Source: Abditibacteriaceae bacterium (GTDB lineage: Bacteria; Armatimonadota; Abditibacteriia; Abditibacteriales; Abditibacteriaceae). From it: 64,000 nucleotides of DNA. The position numbers and the translations under genes were made by a program. Below are positions 48,608-58,999 of the stretch, piece by piece; the first letter of the stretch is position 1; each line of letters starts with the position of its first letter. The notes beneath the pieces are model-generated. The model saw nothing but the letters and a program-made list of their open reading frames with translations. It did not search any database and was not told the origin of the DNA. The stretch lies in the NCBI GenBank assembly GCA_031425655.1, contig JANPJS010000045.1, positions 16,305 through 80,304 on the forward strand, read 5' to 3'.

Positions 48608-50488
48608 TTAGCGCGCCAGCGTGGGATTAAGCCACAGGCCCCAATCGGAACTGGCGCCGTCTCCGCTATCTTCAACTTGTAGTTCAAGAGTTTTCGCGTC
48701 TTTGACGGCGATGTCGAAGGGCGCGGCGTCGCCTTCACGAATGGTTTTGCTGCGCCATAATTCTTTGCCGTCAGCGACAACGACGAAAACTACCGAGGCC
48801 TCTTTTCCATCGGCGGCGCATACCGTGCCGCTAAAGCGGCTCCACTTGCCGCTTAAATCGTAAACGTGGCGCGCCGGGGCGTGCGCGTAAATGCCGCGCG
48901 CGTAAAATTGACCGCCGGCAGCAAGCAGCGGACTATCTTCGGGCAAGCGATTGTAAGCGGGTTTGAGCCAGCCAACGCTCGCCTCAATGGGCTTCGCTTC
49001 CGAAAGAAACAGCGTGTCGCCGGTTGCTGCGTTAGGCGATGGATTGGTTTTTTTATCGAAATTCGCAAGCTGCACCTGGGCGATTTCTAAAAGGAGAGCC
49101 GGTGCGTTTTGCGCTTCGAGATTTTGCAGTGCCTTTTCAACGGCGTCGCGTTTTCCTGAGTGAACGGCGGCAGAAAGCGGCGCTAATTGCTGTTGCGTGT
49201 TCCACAAAGTCAAATCAACGGCGCCGTCCGGCGCGACGGCGTAAGGATATTTTTGCTTTTCTGTGGAAGCTGTTGCCCACGAACTGGCGGCGCCGTTGGC
49301 CTGCAACGTCACCACGCGCAAAACGCCGCGCTTGCCTTTAGCGAGCGCGCTGCATTCGAGCGTGAAACTCCCGTCTTGGTCTGGAATGGCGGTGGCAGTC
49401 GGGGCGTCATAATCGCTGCCTCCCGCCGGGTCGAAATAGCCAATCACGCCATAAACCGGTGGGTCGGCTGTAACGCGCGCGGAATAGGTGATGCTTTTGC
49501 CGTCGGTGGCAAATTTCACTTCGCTGAGTTTCGCGTTTGGCTCGTCGTCGAAGCCCTTGACGGAGCCGCAAAAGCTGGGGTGCGAGGCCAATCGCAGCGC
49601 GTCGGCGAAAACGAGAAACGAGCCTCTGCCTTTGCTTTCGCTGTTCGCCTCGCCGCGCAATTCCTCGCCGTAAGTGCGGTTGCCATCTCCCATCAGCGAT
49701 TTGCCCCACGCTTCCTGATTGGGCCGTGCTTTGTTGTGCGGCAGCGACAGCGCGTGGCCGAGTTCGTGGGCGATGCCGCCGATGAAAATGGAATTATAGC
49801 GCGCCAGCGTGATGAAGCCGTATTCGTTGTTTCGCACTTTGCTCTTGTCCGCGACATCGAGCAGAAAATCAAGCGACAAAACCGCAGAGTCCACTTGAAC
49901 GGCAGAGCCGTGGCGCGTGGTGCCGCCGCCGTTGTAGGGATAGGTGCCGCCCATCGTGCGGGTTTTCTCATCCCAGTCCACGAGGTGGGCGAAGATGAGA
50001 ACGGTTTCCTTTTCGCCGTCAATGCCGGCTTTTTTCAGCGCGGCGAAAGACTCTTTGCGAAGTTCGCCGCCGCTTTGCCGCGCATATTGATCGCGCGTTT
50101 TGTCGCCGCGCGCTATGAACGTTTCGAGGAAGCCGTCAGCGTCTTTTTTCAGCTTGAAAGTGCGCGGCCCGAAGCCATTGCGCTCCATTTCGCGCGCGAA
50201 AAACGCTTGAATGTCGAACATGATTTTGGACAAGCGTTCGCGGTATTGTGGCACCGGCTCGCGGTCTTGCGGCACCCAGTAAACAATGCGAATGAAACGC
50301 TCCGCCCGCACCGGATTTTTCGCCTGCCAAGTGTCGAGAATCGCTCGCGCGGTGGGCGCCTGCGCCGCGATTTCCTGTCCGGCAGGCACGGCGTCGTTGG
50401 AGCGCAGCGGCCATTCAATTTTCGCGTTTTGCGCGTTCGTCGAATGCGAGAGCGCAACACATAACAGCAGCAAAACAAATTTGTTCAT
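48608..50488 (-). CDS. Secreted zinc metallopeptidase with a C-terminal NPCBM/NEW2 domain
   Basis: Signal peptide; HELGHALSLPH..SLMG (metzincin); RGIYAHAP..YDL.GK..SVVF.V..DGKEL..DWGLW.NP.L. Confidence 0.85.
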   Translation of the reverse strand: MNKFVLLLLCVALSHSTNAQNAKIEWPLRSNDAVPAGQEIAAQAPTARAILDTWQAKNPVRAERFIRIVYWVPQDREPVPQYRERLSKIMFDIQAFFAREMERNGFGPRTFKLKKDADGFLETFIARGDKTRDQYARQSGGELRKESFAALKKAGIDGEKETVLIFAHLVDWDEKTRTMGGTYPYNGGGTTRHGSAVQVDSAVLSLDFLLDVADKSKVRNNEYGFITLARYNSIFIGGIAHELGHALSLPHNKARPNQEAWGKSLMGDGNRTYGEELRGEANSESKGRGSFLVFADALRLASHPSFCGSVKGFDDEPNAKLSEVKFATDGKSITYSARVTADPPVYGVIGYFDPAGGSDYDAPTATAIPDQDGSFTLECSALAKGKRGVLRVVTLQANGAASSWATASTEKQKYPYAVAPDGAVDLTLWNTQQQLAPLSAAVHSGKRDAVEKALQNLEAQNAPALLLEIAQVQLANFDKKTNPSPNAATGDTLFLSEAKPIEASVGWLKPAYNRLPEDSPLLAAGGQFYARGIYAHAPARHVYDLSGKWSRFSGTVCAADGKEASVVFVVVADGKELWRSKTIREGDAAPFDIAVKDAKTLELQVEDSGDGASSDWGLWLNPTLAR

Positions 50489-50538
50489 GCGATAACTCTT
50501 CAAGAACCCGGCCAAGCTCGCCGTGCCGGTGACTTTGA

Positions 50539-51523
50539 TCAAACGACCGGCTCTGCGGCGCTTTGGGCGTCCTGTGACAGCGGGCCACTGGCCACCGGCC
50601 ACTTTTCTTCAGCATCCAAAATGGCTTGCATCGCGGCGCAACTGACTTCGAGTTGTTCGTCGTTGGGCTGGCGCGTGGTCAGGCGCTGCATCCACAGGCC
50701 GGGAATCATCACGAATTGCGCGGCGCGTCCCCAGGTTGGATGCGCGGTGAGTTTGATGATTTCATACGATACGCCGGCGACAACAGGCATCAAAGCCAGG
50801 CGCCATAGCAGGCGCGGCCAATGGCTTTCCGTCCACGGCAAAAACGAGAAGACGATTACGCTGACGACAACGGTAAGTAGCGCGAAGCCGGTTCCGCAGC
50901 GCGGATGCGGCGTGTCGAAAGGGCGGGCGCTTTCGGGCGTAATCGGCAAACCGTTTTCCGCCGCGAAGACAACTTTGTGTTCGGCGCCGTGATATTCAAA
51001 AACGCGGCGAATGTCGGGTCGCGTGCCGATCAGCGCGACGTAAGCGACGAAAATCGCCAGCTTGACAGCGCCTTCGACCAAGTTCAGTGCGATGCGGTCT
51101 TCGGTATAACGCGCCGCCGTCCAATCGGTGATGAGGTTGGGCAGCGCCACGAACAAACCGATGCCTAAGCTGAACGAGCCAAGCACGGTCAGGCCGAAAA
51201 GCCAGGCCGGCATTTCAGTTTGGGGCTTGTTCATGCGCGGCTTTTTCCGAGGCTTTTTCGATGTCCTGCATGGCAATATCGCTTGACCATTTGAGGTAGC
51301 GCGAACCAAGAATCAGCATTTCGACTAAGGCGATCACGCCGCGCATGAACGGCACGTTGAGATACGGCCTCTTTTTGAGAATCGAAGTGAATTCTTCGAG
51401 GCGTGTTTCGATAGTGCCGTCGGCGCGGCGCACCGCAGCGGCGACGTAGCGCGGCGAACGCATCATTACGCCTTCGACCAAAGCTTGTCCGCCGAGTTGG
51501 AATTGCTGTTTTTTTTCGGACAT
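50539..51523 (-). pseudogene. DUF1385 (YqhQ-like) membrane protein, frameshifted near 51215-51270
   Basis: GGQALVEGVMMR in one frame; VFEYHGAEHK, HPRCGTGF and QRLTTRQP in another; consistent with one extra base. Confidence 0.8.
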
Positions 51524-51550
51524 AATTGCGGGCACCGGGCCTACAAAACA

Positions 51551-51586
51551 AAACCCTGCCGCGCCAGAAAAGGCGCGGCAGGGTTT
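51551..51586 (-). terminator. Intrinsic terminator after rpmE
   Basis: aaaccctgccgcgcc..ggcgcggcagggttt. Confidence 0.8.
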
Positions 51587-51601
51587 GGCATCGGAGCGGG
51601 G

Positions 51602-51850
51602 CTACGCTTTGGCTTTTTCGCGTTTGGCGGCGGCTTTTTGTGCTTTGTCGCCGGCAATGCGGCGCTGATTGAAGCGATCCACGCGGCCCGCGGTGTCCAC
51701 AATGCGCTTTTTGCCGGTATAAAACGGGTGGCAGTTCGAGCAGATGTCTACGCGAATGCTCGGCGTCGTCGAGCGCGTTTGCACTTCGGTGTTGCACGAA
51801 AGGCACACGATAGTCGCGTCCTCGTAATTCGGATGAATGTTGTCCTTCAT
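51602..51850 (-). CDS. rpmE: 50S ribosomal protein L31 (Zn-binding type)
   Basis: [35 protein letters not shown]. Confidence 0.97.
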   Translation of the reverse strand: MKDNIHPNYEDATIVCLSCNTEVQTRSTTPSIRVDICSNCHPFYTGKKRIVDTAGRVDRFNQRRIAGDKAQKAAAKREKAKA

Positions 51851-51944
51851 TTTCTCTTTGAACCTCACTGAATTCCTGTCTAACAGGTGAACACCGCAGT
51901 TTACACGCGGCGTGCGGCCAAAGCAACGTGTCACATTCGATGGT

Positions 51945-54359
51945 TTAGCGGCGCGCCGGGGCAACGCCAGACACGGCGGGCGTATTCGGCGCTTTCTCAA
52001 ACCAGGCGCCGCTCCACGTTAAATTCGCGGGCGCGGTGAACGCAAAACGCTGCCAGCCCGACCGACCGGCGGTGTCAATGCGCGAAGCGTGTGTGGCGCC
52101 CGGAGCCGTCGGCGGCAATGGCGATGATTTCCAGCCGCCTTCGACCAAAAGAGGCTGCGCGCCCGGCGTGGTTTTCCATTCGATGCGCAGCGCCACGGCG
52201 TTGAGTGGCACAAAAAGCCAACTGGTCGCGCGTTCGCCGTTTTTCAAGCCCGATGGCGCGCGGGCGATGAGTTCCACCGCGCTCAGTTTCGTGCCGGGCG
52301 AGGTGAGAGCGCCCGGCAGCCAAATCGGAAGTTTAGTTTGGCCCGGCGCGAAGGCGTTTTTCAAAGTCGTGCCGAAGCTTTCAAGCAATGCCGTGCTTTG
52401 CAAAGGCGGCATCATCGGCGGTGCGGGCAAGGGAACGCCGTTGGGTAAGATGCCGGGTGCCAAAGCTCCCGCGCCAACGGCCAAGCTGCCCGATGCGCCG
52501 GAGCCGCTGACTACGTTGATCGGTTCGGCTTCGTCATCGGGGTCGAGCTGCGCCGTCGCCGTGCGCGGCAGGGAAACCAACGCCGAACTCAGGATGCGGG
52601 CGCCGTAAACGCGTTCGATGTAAGTCGCCAAGCCTTGCAGATATTGCAGCCCGGCGGCGTTGCGAGCGCGGCGCAAAGCCGAACCCGGCCCCTGCAAATT
52701 CCACTGATTCAAGGATAAGAGCGCGTTGGCCGCAACGTGCGATTCCATCTCGCGCGCGAAATCAACCGTTTCGGTATCGCCGCCCGGTAACGTCGCGGGT
52801 TGCAAAGTCGCGCTGGCCTGAGTGTTGACCAAACTTACAGCGGGAAGAGCAGGGATGCGGCGCGCGCCTTTGAGGGCTTGCAGCGGCGCAGCGAACTCGG
52901 CGGGCGAGGCGGCGGCCCACATCATGCCTAAAGTTTCGCCCAGTAATCCGTTTGCGAAAGGCTCCAAAGGCGGGCGAAAGCCGTTGAACGTCGGCAAAAC
53001 GACGTGTCCGTATTCGTGTGCCAGTTGGCGCAGCCATTCGGCTTCGCTGCGCGGCTGGCTCGTCTTGAAAAAGATGATGTCGCCCGGCACGTCCAACGAT
53101 TGTCCGGCGGCCAGCCACGGACGCGAAATCGGCGTGGTTTCGATTTCCCTGATCTCCGGCGGCTTGCTGGTGCTGGGAATATTGACTTTGGGCATCTCGA
53201 TCATGCCCAGTGAGGCTAAAACAGCCGGATCGTCTTCGTCGCGCGGCCACAAAGCCGAGACTTCGGAAAGCCACAACGTCGTCAGCGGCGGATTGGAAGC
53301 GAGAGGCTGTCTTGTATACGGATTTTCCAAGCCGAGCGCGAGGCGTGTCTGGGCGTGGATTTTCAAGAATTGCAGGCATAAAGCTTCGGCGCGCGGTAAA
53401 TCGTCGCGGTTGTTTTTCGCCAGCACGGCATGGGGATAATGCACGCGCACGATTTGGCGCCACATTCCGCGATTAGGGCCGTCCGTTTCGCGCACGAAGC
53501 CGGCAACAATTGTTGACATTTTCAGCACGCGCGGCAAAGCGTCTTTGGGAACGCCGCGAAAGGGCGGCGGCACCTGCGTTAACTCTGGATTGGGGTCGCG
53601 CGGCGAAGGCGATGCGAAAAGCTTGTAACCGTCGGTGATGAGAAATTCGAGTTGCTTCGGGGCAGCGGGCGCGTTCGCGGCGAAGAAGTTGTCCGGCGCA
53701 AACGCGCTGTCGGTGACGTTAAATGTAAAGCGCAGAGGGCGCCACAAGCGTTCGCCCGTGACCAGATTGGCGTGCGCGATGGACGAAATGGTTTCCAGCG
53801 TGTCGTCGGGCGCGACGAGCGGCAAACCTTCGCCCAAAGCGCCGCGCAGATTGGGCAGAGCTTCGCGCGCCGCCGAATAAGTGCCGCTTTTATCGCCCAA
53901 AGCGAAGCGCGCCGAACGCGCAAAAGCGGTCATGGCCCAATCGCGTTGGGCGAAGCGGTCGGCGGCCACGCCCCACCAGTAATGCGCTTCTGCCGCTTGA
54001 CGCGCTAAAACGTAAAAACTGGCCGTTTTCGGCATCTCGTTGGGGCTTTTGGTGAGAATTTCCGGCCCGGCAGCGGTCGCCAAAGGCGCCAGCGATTGCT
54101 GTGCGGCGTTTTGCAAAGTGAGCATCGCCGCTTCATTGCCGGCTTCGAGTTGCACACGCCCGCGAATGACTTGCTCGGTCAGGGTGCCCGGCGCAGGGAC
54201 ACTGGTGGGCGCAGCCGCTAAAAGCGGTGCGGCTTCGCGCAGTGTGGCTCCCCTTTCTTGCGCCCAAACGCAGGAACCAAGCACCAGAGCGCCGGCTAAC
54301 ACAAAATCGCGCGGCGGCGCTGCGCCCCGATTTTTCCGTGGAGTGTCCCCTCGCTTCAT
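51945..54359 (-). CDS. Exported hypothetical protein with an HExxH (gluzincin-like) motif
   Basis: Signal-like N-terminus; [20 protein letters not shown]. Confidence 0.7.
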   Translation of the reverse strand: MKRGDTPRKNRGAAPPRDFVLAGALVLGSCVWAQERGATLREAAPLLAAAPTSVPAPGTLTEQVIRGRVQLEAGNEAAMLTLQNAAQQSLAPLATAAGPEILTKSPNEMPKTASFYVLARQAAEAHYWWGVAADRFAQRDWAMTAFARSARFALGDKSGTYSAAREALPNLRGALGEGLPLVAPDDTLETISSIAHANLVTGERLWRPLRFTFNVTDSAFAPDNFFAANAPAAPKQLEFLITDGYKLFASPSPRDPNPELTQVPPPFRGVPKDALPRVLKMSTIVAGFVRETDGPNRGMWRQIVRVHYPHAVLAKNNRDDLPRAEALCLQFLKIHAQTRLALGLENPYTRQPLASNPPLTTLWLSEVSALWPRDEDDPAVLASLGMIEMPKVNIPSTSKPPEIREIETTPISRPWLAAGQSLDVPGDIIFFKTSQPRSEAEWLRQLAHEYGHVVLPTFNGFRPPLEPFANGLLGETLGMMWAAASPAEFAAPLQALKGARRIPALPAVSLVNTQASATLQPATLPGGDTETVDFAREMESHVAANALLSLNQWNLQGPGSALRRARNAAGLQYLQGLATYIERVYGARILSSALVSLPRTATAQLDPDDEAEPINVVSGSGASGSLAVGAGALAPGILPNGVPLPAPPMMPPLQSTALLESFGTTLKNAFAPGQTKLPIWLPGALTSPGTKLSAVELIARAPSGLKNGERATSWLFVPLNAVALRIEWKTTPGAQPLLVEGGWKSSPLPPTAPGATHASRIDTAGRSGWQRFAFTAPANLTWSGAWFEKAPNTPAVSGVAPARR

Positions 54360-54463
54360 GGATTTATTAAGCTCCTGCCGTTTATTTTTATGGGATTCGT
54401 AATTAAGAGTATCAAAGTCCGGGCTTCGCGGGCTTGCCCTGTCAGTAATTTCTCTTACTTGTA

Positions 54464-54660
54464 ACCCAAGTTGCTACCCATTGAAGATAGATAATGGAGC
54501 CGCACTTTGCCCCCATCCGCCTTCCCCCGGTGGGGGAAGAGCTACGCTTTTCACGGGCAAAATTCCTTGAGAAACCCGGCTCTTCCCCCACCGGGGGAAG
54601 GTGGATGGGGGCATGAGCGACGTAGTCGCTCTTCGCACTCCCGTAGGTAGCAATTTGGGT
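54464..54660. mobile_element. MITE with ACCCAAGTTGCTACC ends and an 8-bp target duplication
   Basis: TIR 14/15; tacttgta at 54456-54463 and 54661-54668; internal ccttcccccggtgggggaagag palindromes. Confidence 0.88.
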
Positions 54661-55745
54661 TACTTGTAATCGAGTGAGTCAACTACATCTTCGAGAACGT
54701 GGCGGTTTTTGGGCGTCAGTTCGGTTTCGAGCGAGAGAATTTTATTGGTTCGTTCCGATTGCCACACGCGCAATTCGACTTCGGGCACCGCTTGGCGCAG
54801 AATTTTGGCCCGCGCCCAACGAACGGCGCGCTGACGCCAATGGCGCGAGGCGCCGCGAAACAGCAAGCCGTCTTCGCCGTGCAGCGCGATTTCTTCAGCC
54901 TCGCCGTAAGAAGTGCGTTTGTTGCTGTCGAGCAGTTTGCGGCGTGTCCAGTCGGGCAGCGATTCGGTTTCCAAAAGCACGTTGGCGGCGGCCAAACGCT
55001 GCAAAACAATGCGTTCGGGACGCGCCTGCCAGCCTTGGATGCCGCGCGGAATCGGGCGTGCCCATTCGATTTCAATTTTGCCGGTTTGCAGCTTCGCGCG
55101 GCCCAAAGCGAACTCTGTGGGGATTTCCGCGCTGAGGCCGAAAACGCTCCACGCTTGCCAGCCGCCGCGCCCGTGGCATTCCAGTGAAGTGAAAATATCG
55201 GTGGCGAATTGCTGCGCGGCGCGCGGTTTTTCACGGCCTCGCCCCATCAAATGCGCCACAACTACGCGCCCGCAATCGGCGCAGTGCCAGGCGGTGCCCC
55301 AGCCGTGCGCGGCCAAGTGTTCCTGCGAATCGCCCGTCCAGCCGAAGTTGACCAGTTGCGCTTTTTGCTTGCGGGTTTTGGCGACGATATGCGGATGATC
55401 GGCGGCTTGAAACGGTTGTTTTTTCTTTTTGGCATCGCGTTCGAGGCGCGAAACGAAGTCGGAGATGCTGCGTTCGAGGTCAATCGAGGCCGGCGGCGTT
55501 TCCCAGCGCAATTCGATGCGTGGGCCATCGGGATCGTCAATGCGCAGCGTGCCTTTTTGCTGCGTGCCGCCGAATTGCGCCAAATCCCAATCAGCAGGCA
55601 AAGTCAGCGTGAAGCCTTGCCAGCCGAGCCAATGTTTAGGAGCCGCAAACAGCGCAGAGCGCGCAGGCGGCGCGTCCGGCTCCGTTGCGGATTCTGTGTC
55701 GGAAACAACGGGTTCAGGTTGCGAAGAAGAGCGGGGAACAGGCAT
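54660..55745 (-). CDS. Hypothetical protein
   Basis: Long ORF with two similar halves (W.GWQG.TLTLPADW / WSVFGLSAEIPTEF); host-like codon use. Confidence 0.7.
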   Translation of the reverse strand: MPVPRSSSQPEPVVSDTESATEPDAPPARSALFAAPKHWLGWQGFTLTLPADWDLAQFGGTQQKGTLRIDDPDGPRIELRWETPPASIDLERSISDFVSRLERDAKKKKQPFQAADHPHIVAKTRKQKAQLVNFGWTGDSQEHLAAHGWGTAWHCADCGRVVVAHLMGRGREKPRAAQQFATDIFTSLECHGRGGWQAWSVFGLSAEIPTEFALGRAKLQTGKIEIEWARPIPRGIQGWQARPERIVLQRLAAANVLLETESLPDWTRRKLLDSNKRTSYGEAEEIALHGEDGLLFRGASRHWRQRAVRWARAKILRQAVPEVELRVWQSERTNKILSLETELTPKNRHVLEDVVDSLDYK

Positions 55746-55807
55746 TGCAGCGGCTTTGCAGTATAGCAGAGGCCGCATCGCAGGCCCGATTGCGTGCTAT
55801 TTACGGT

Positions 55808-55991
55808 CAGGGCCAACGCATTAGGATTTTTCGGTGTTTCACGAAATGGCCCAGCGAATAAATTCGCGGCAACAAAGCGGCAAAGTCGCCCTGCGGCGAC
55901 TAAGAACTCAGAAAAGAGTCCACGAAGGTGGACTTTGCCGCGTGGTTGCCGCGAATTTATTCGCCCGGCAAGTTCTAATGCGATTGTCCTG
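55808..55991. mobile_element. MITE with ISAs1-like ends, older copy
   Basis: cagggccaacgcattagga..ttctaatgcgattgtcctg; degenerate 10-bp duplication tatttacggt/gatttacggc; 184 bp; internal gcgaataaattcgcggcaac palindrome. Confidence 0.8.
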
Positions 55992-55994
55992 GAT

Positions 55995-56420
55995 TTACGG
56001 CGTAATCGTGATTTGATCTATGCGCCAATTTTTGCCTTCGGGCACCATTCGCGTCGTGACAAGGCCGGAACTGCCTTTCCGCCCGCTGACCGTTTGCTTA
56101 TCCGTTACATAACGTGGGCACAGAATGATGAATCGGGTTGTGCCACGCGCCTGCGCCCAGCTTTTAGTTGCGCCGTGCGCGGTTTCAAACGCCTTCCATT
56201 GTTGCGCCAGAGTTTGCGCGCTCATCTGTTTTTGTAATTGGCGGCTGAATAATTTACGTGCGCCGGCGTAATCGTGGCTTTGCGAATGGCGATAAAAATC
56301 GTCAAGAGTCGCGTTTGATCGCGCCATAATTTGGGGCGCGTTAATTATCCCGTAACCTACAAGTCCGCAGAAACCCGTGAGCACAACCGCAAGCACGACG
56401 AAAATGGTGGAAAATTTCAT
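55995..56420 (-). CDS. Membrane-anchored NTF2-like (DUF3887/DUF4878-like) protein
   Basis: N-terminal TM; DYAGARKLFS..EGKNWRID. Confidence 0.7.
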   Translation of the reverse strand: MKFSTIFVVLAVVLTGFCGLVGYGIINAPQIMARSNATLDDFYRHSQSHDYAGARKLFSRQLQKQMSAQTLAQQWKAFETAHGATKSWAQARGTTRFIILCPRYVTDKQTVSGRKGSSGLVTTRMVPEGKNWRIDQITITP

Positions 56421-56424
56421 GGCG

Positions 56425-57609
56425 CTACGACAACACTTCGCGGTAGATGTCGAGCACGCGCTGTGCGGTGTCGGCGATATGAAATTTTTGAGAAACGGTT
56501 TGGCGCGCGTGGCGCTGCAAGTGGCCGCGCAATTCAGCGTCTTGTAAAGCGCGGCGCATCATCTGGACTAAGCTGTCGGGGTCGAGCGGGTCGGCCAAAA
56601 GGCCGTCGTGTTCGTGGGTAACGATTTCCTGCGGGCCGTGGGCGTTGAAGGCGATGACAACTTTTTCCAGCGCCATGCCTTCGATGAGAACGCGCCCGAA
56701 CGGTTCTTCGAGCGACGGCAAAACCACGGCGTCCACTGCCGAAAGCGCGTCTATGTTGTTGGTTTGGTGCGGAATAAAGTTGAAACGCTGCTGCAACTCG
56801 TGCTTTTTGACCAATTCACGCAATTCTTTAACGTAACTTTGCTGTTCGCCCCACAAGTCGCCGCCCACAATGATAAAGCGTGCGTTGGCGCAATCTTCGT
56901 CTTGCACCAACTTCGCGGCGGCTTCGATAAAGGCGACGTGATTTTTCCACGGCACCAATTGCGTCACGCAGCCGAAAACAAAGGTTTCCGGCGAAATATT
57001 CAGCGATTCGCGCAATTGACTTTGCTCGCGCGGACGCCATTCGTCGGTATTGATGCCGTTGTGGATGATGCGCACTTTTTCGGGCGGAACGCCGTCGTTT
57101 TGCAGCCTTTGCGCAACGGCCCCGGAAATGGCGATAACCCACGCCGCATTGCTGGCGGCGCGCTTGGCTACGCCTTTGAGCGACACCAAATCGCGGACGT
57201 GCCAGAGCGCCGGCAATTGACATTTTGCGGCGGCGATGCCGGCCACCAAGTGCGCGGTTGTCGAGTTGGAATGAATGAGTTGGGCTTTGGTCTGTCGGGC
57301 TAATTTGGCCACGAAAGGCGCGGTGCGCGTGATGTAAAACAGCGTGGACAAGCCCTCAACGGGGTTTTGCGGGCGCGCGATGCGGCGCAGCGGCGCGAAA
57401 GTGACGGGAAATTCTTCGTCGCGCAGCAAGTCGGCGAAAGGGCCGCCGCCGGGCAAACCGACCAAAGGATCAACCTCGGCCCCGGAGCGGCGCAGCTCCC
57501 AAAGCAAGGCGCGCAGCGATTGCTCGGCGCCGCTCATCTGGCCCGAATGGTTCAGATAAAGCACGCTGAGGCGCTTCGAGTTGGCGTTCGTCGTCACAGT
57601 TTCAGCCAT
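56425..57609 (-). CDS. Glycosyltransferase family 4
   Basis: SGAEQSL, IHNGIN, PWKNH, EPFGRVLIEGMA (EX7E). Confidence 0.92.
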   Translation of the reverse strand: MAETVTTNANSKRLSVLYLNHSGQMSGAEQSLRALLWELRRSGAEVDPLVGLPGGGPFADLLRDEEFPVTFAPLRRIARPQNPVEGLSTLFYITRTAPFVAKLARQTKAQLIHSNSTTAHLVAGIAAAKCQLPALWHVRDLVSLKGVAKRAASNAAWVIAISGAVAQRLQNDGVPPEKVRIIHNGINTDEWRPREQSQLRESLNISPETFVFGCVTQLVPWKNHVAFIEAAAKLVQDEDCANARFIIVGGDLWGEQQSYVKELRELVKKHELQQRFNFIPHQTNNIDALSAVDAVVLPSLEEPFGRVLIEGMALEKVVIAFNAHGPQEIVTHEHDGLLADPLDPDSLVQMMRRALQDAELRGHLQRHARQTVSQKFHIADTAQRVLDIYREVLS

Positions 57610-57627
57610 CGCAGTCTCCCTGTCTGT

Positions 57628-57708
57628 GAGAAGCCAGAAGACGGAAGTCAGAATCCAGAAGAAGCAGCGCCAAATTCTGTCTTCTGAATTCTGTCTTCCG
57701 AATTCTGC
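57628..57708. repeat. Heptamer-repeat hairpin (CAGAA units)
   Basis: agaagccagaagacggaagtcagaatccagaa..ttctgtcttctgaattctgtcttccgaattctg. Confidence 0.7.
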
Positions 57709-57711
57709 CGT

Positions 57712-57954
57712 TTATTGTCTTGCGCCGACGAATTCGGCGATGGAATTGACGGTGCGGAAGGTTTCAATTTGAAAATCCACGTCTTCCATGACCACGCCGA
57801 ATTCGTCTTCGAGTCCGACGACCAGCTCGAAAAGCGCTACGGAGTCAATGCCGTAAGTTTCCATCAACGGCGCGTCGTCGGGAATGTCTTCGGGCTTGAC
57901 GTTGAGGAACAAGCGTTCGACGATCATTTGCTTGATTTGCGAATTTAAATCCAT
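57712..57954 (-). CDS. Acyl carrier protein
   Basis: YGIDSVALFELV..LEDEFGV phosphopantetheine site; RBS GGAG. Confidence 0.9.
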   Translation of the reverse strand: MDLNSQIKQMIVERLFLNVKPEDIPDDAPLMETYGIDSVALFELVVGLEDEFGVVMEDVDFQIETFRTVNSIAEFVGARQ

Positions 57955-57973
57955 TTTATTCTCCAAAATCTAA

Positions 57974-58175
57974 GAATCTGTCTGAGAAAAGTCATTAATC
58001 CTGAGTTGAGTCGCTTTGTAATAGGACGCGGAGCTTCGCTTCGCAGAAACAGCTTTGATTTTCGCGGTTTTAAAGAAAAAATCAGCGAAAATCCGCGCAT
58101 GAAATCCGCGTAGCGAAGCTCCGCGTCCCATTACAAGTTTTTGGTGCAGTCTGTAACGAATTCTCAGACAGTTTC
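57974..58175. mobile_element. MITE with IS5-like ends wrapping a palindrome
   Basis: TIR gaatctgtctgagaa/ttctcagacagtttc (14/15), flanked by TA; internal ttgtaataggacgcggagcttcgct..agcgaagctccgcgtcccattacaa. Confidence 0.75.
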
Positions 58176-58969
58176 TACCGGGCCAAATAGCCGGGCAAAA
58201 GGGTTAGACACACGCCGCACCAAATGGCGCCGATCAGAAAACCGCCCAGCACATCGGACGGAAAATGCACCCGCAGGTAAACGCGGCTCAGGCCCGTCAG
58301 CGCGATGGTCGTGGCTGCAACGACGCACAATGCCATTACTGTCGCACTTGATGAATGTGTCAGCGAGGCGCTAATCGGCACCATTGTCCAGAAGCAAAAC
58401 GAAGTCAGCGAATGGCCCGATGGAAACGACGGGTCTGTGACGAGTTTATGGCCGAAATCGCCTTTTTGCAGCGGCGGGCGCAGGCGCTTGAAAACGCGCT
58501 TCAAAACGAACGATAACAGCATCGAGCCGCCGTAGCACACTCCCGGCATCATCCACAGCCCGGCTACGGCTTCCATTGACATCCAATGCGGCCCCTGCTC
58601 CATTTGCCGCCAGTAAACGTAAAGCGGCACTAAAAACGAAAAAGTGGCCAAAGAAGGCGCTGAAGCGAAGTTCGTCCAAAAGCGAAAAAACCATGTCAGC
58701 GCGATACGCTCGCGGCGCTCGGCGGCATCTTCGTGCTCGTGCGAGCGAAAGCGCACACGATGCGCGTGCGCTCGAAAATGCGAATCGGCTTTCAGCACGC
58801 GCTCGCGCAGTCGCGGTCTGGCCCAGCGAAACACAAAGGCGATAACGCCCAGAGTGAGTGCCCACAATGCCCAATAAAGCCAGAAAAACGGCTGGATTTT
58901 GGTGTAAAGCAGCGCGGGAAAAAGACGAATGGCCTGTTCCAACATGAGAAAACTTTCAGCTAAAGCCAC
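58175..58969 (-). CDS. PAP2 family phosphatase
   Basis: K..FKRLRP, SFPSGHS, SRVYLRVHFPSDV; start uncertain. Confidence 0.9.
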   Translation of the reverse strand: MALAESFLMLEQAIRLFPALLYTKIQPFFWLYWALWALTLGVIAFVFRWARPRLRERVLKADSHFRAHAHRVRFRSHEHEDAAERRERIALTWFFRFWTNFASAPSLATFSFLVPLYVYWRQMEQGPHWMSMEAVAGLWMMPGVCYGGSMLLSFVLKRVFKRLRPPLQKGDFGHKLVTDPSFPSGHSLTSFCFWTMVPISASLTHSSSATVMALCVVAATTIALTGLSRVYLRVHFPSDVLGGFLIGAIWCGVCLTLLPGYLAR

Positions 58970-58999
58970 CCGGCGCTAAAGCACCGGGCTGGCAGCAAA

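Noticed and set aside
49187..50464. 425-aa plus-strand ORF (likewise 42734-43729 on + and 34782-35630 on -)
   Set aside because: Antisense shadows of well-supported genes in GC-rich DNA.
51851..52000. N-terminal extension of rpmE in the ORF track
   Set aside because: L31 homology starts at MKDNIHP (51850); the extension overlaps the upstream gene.
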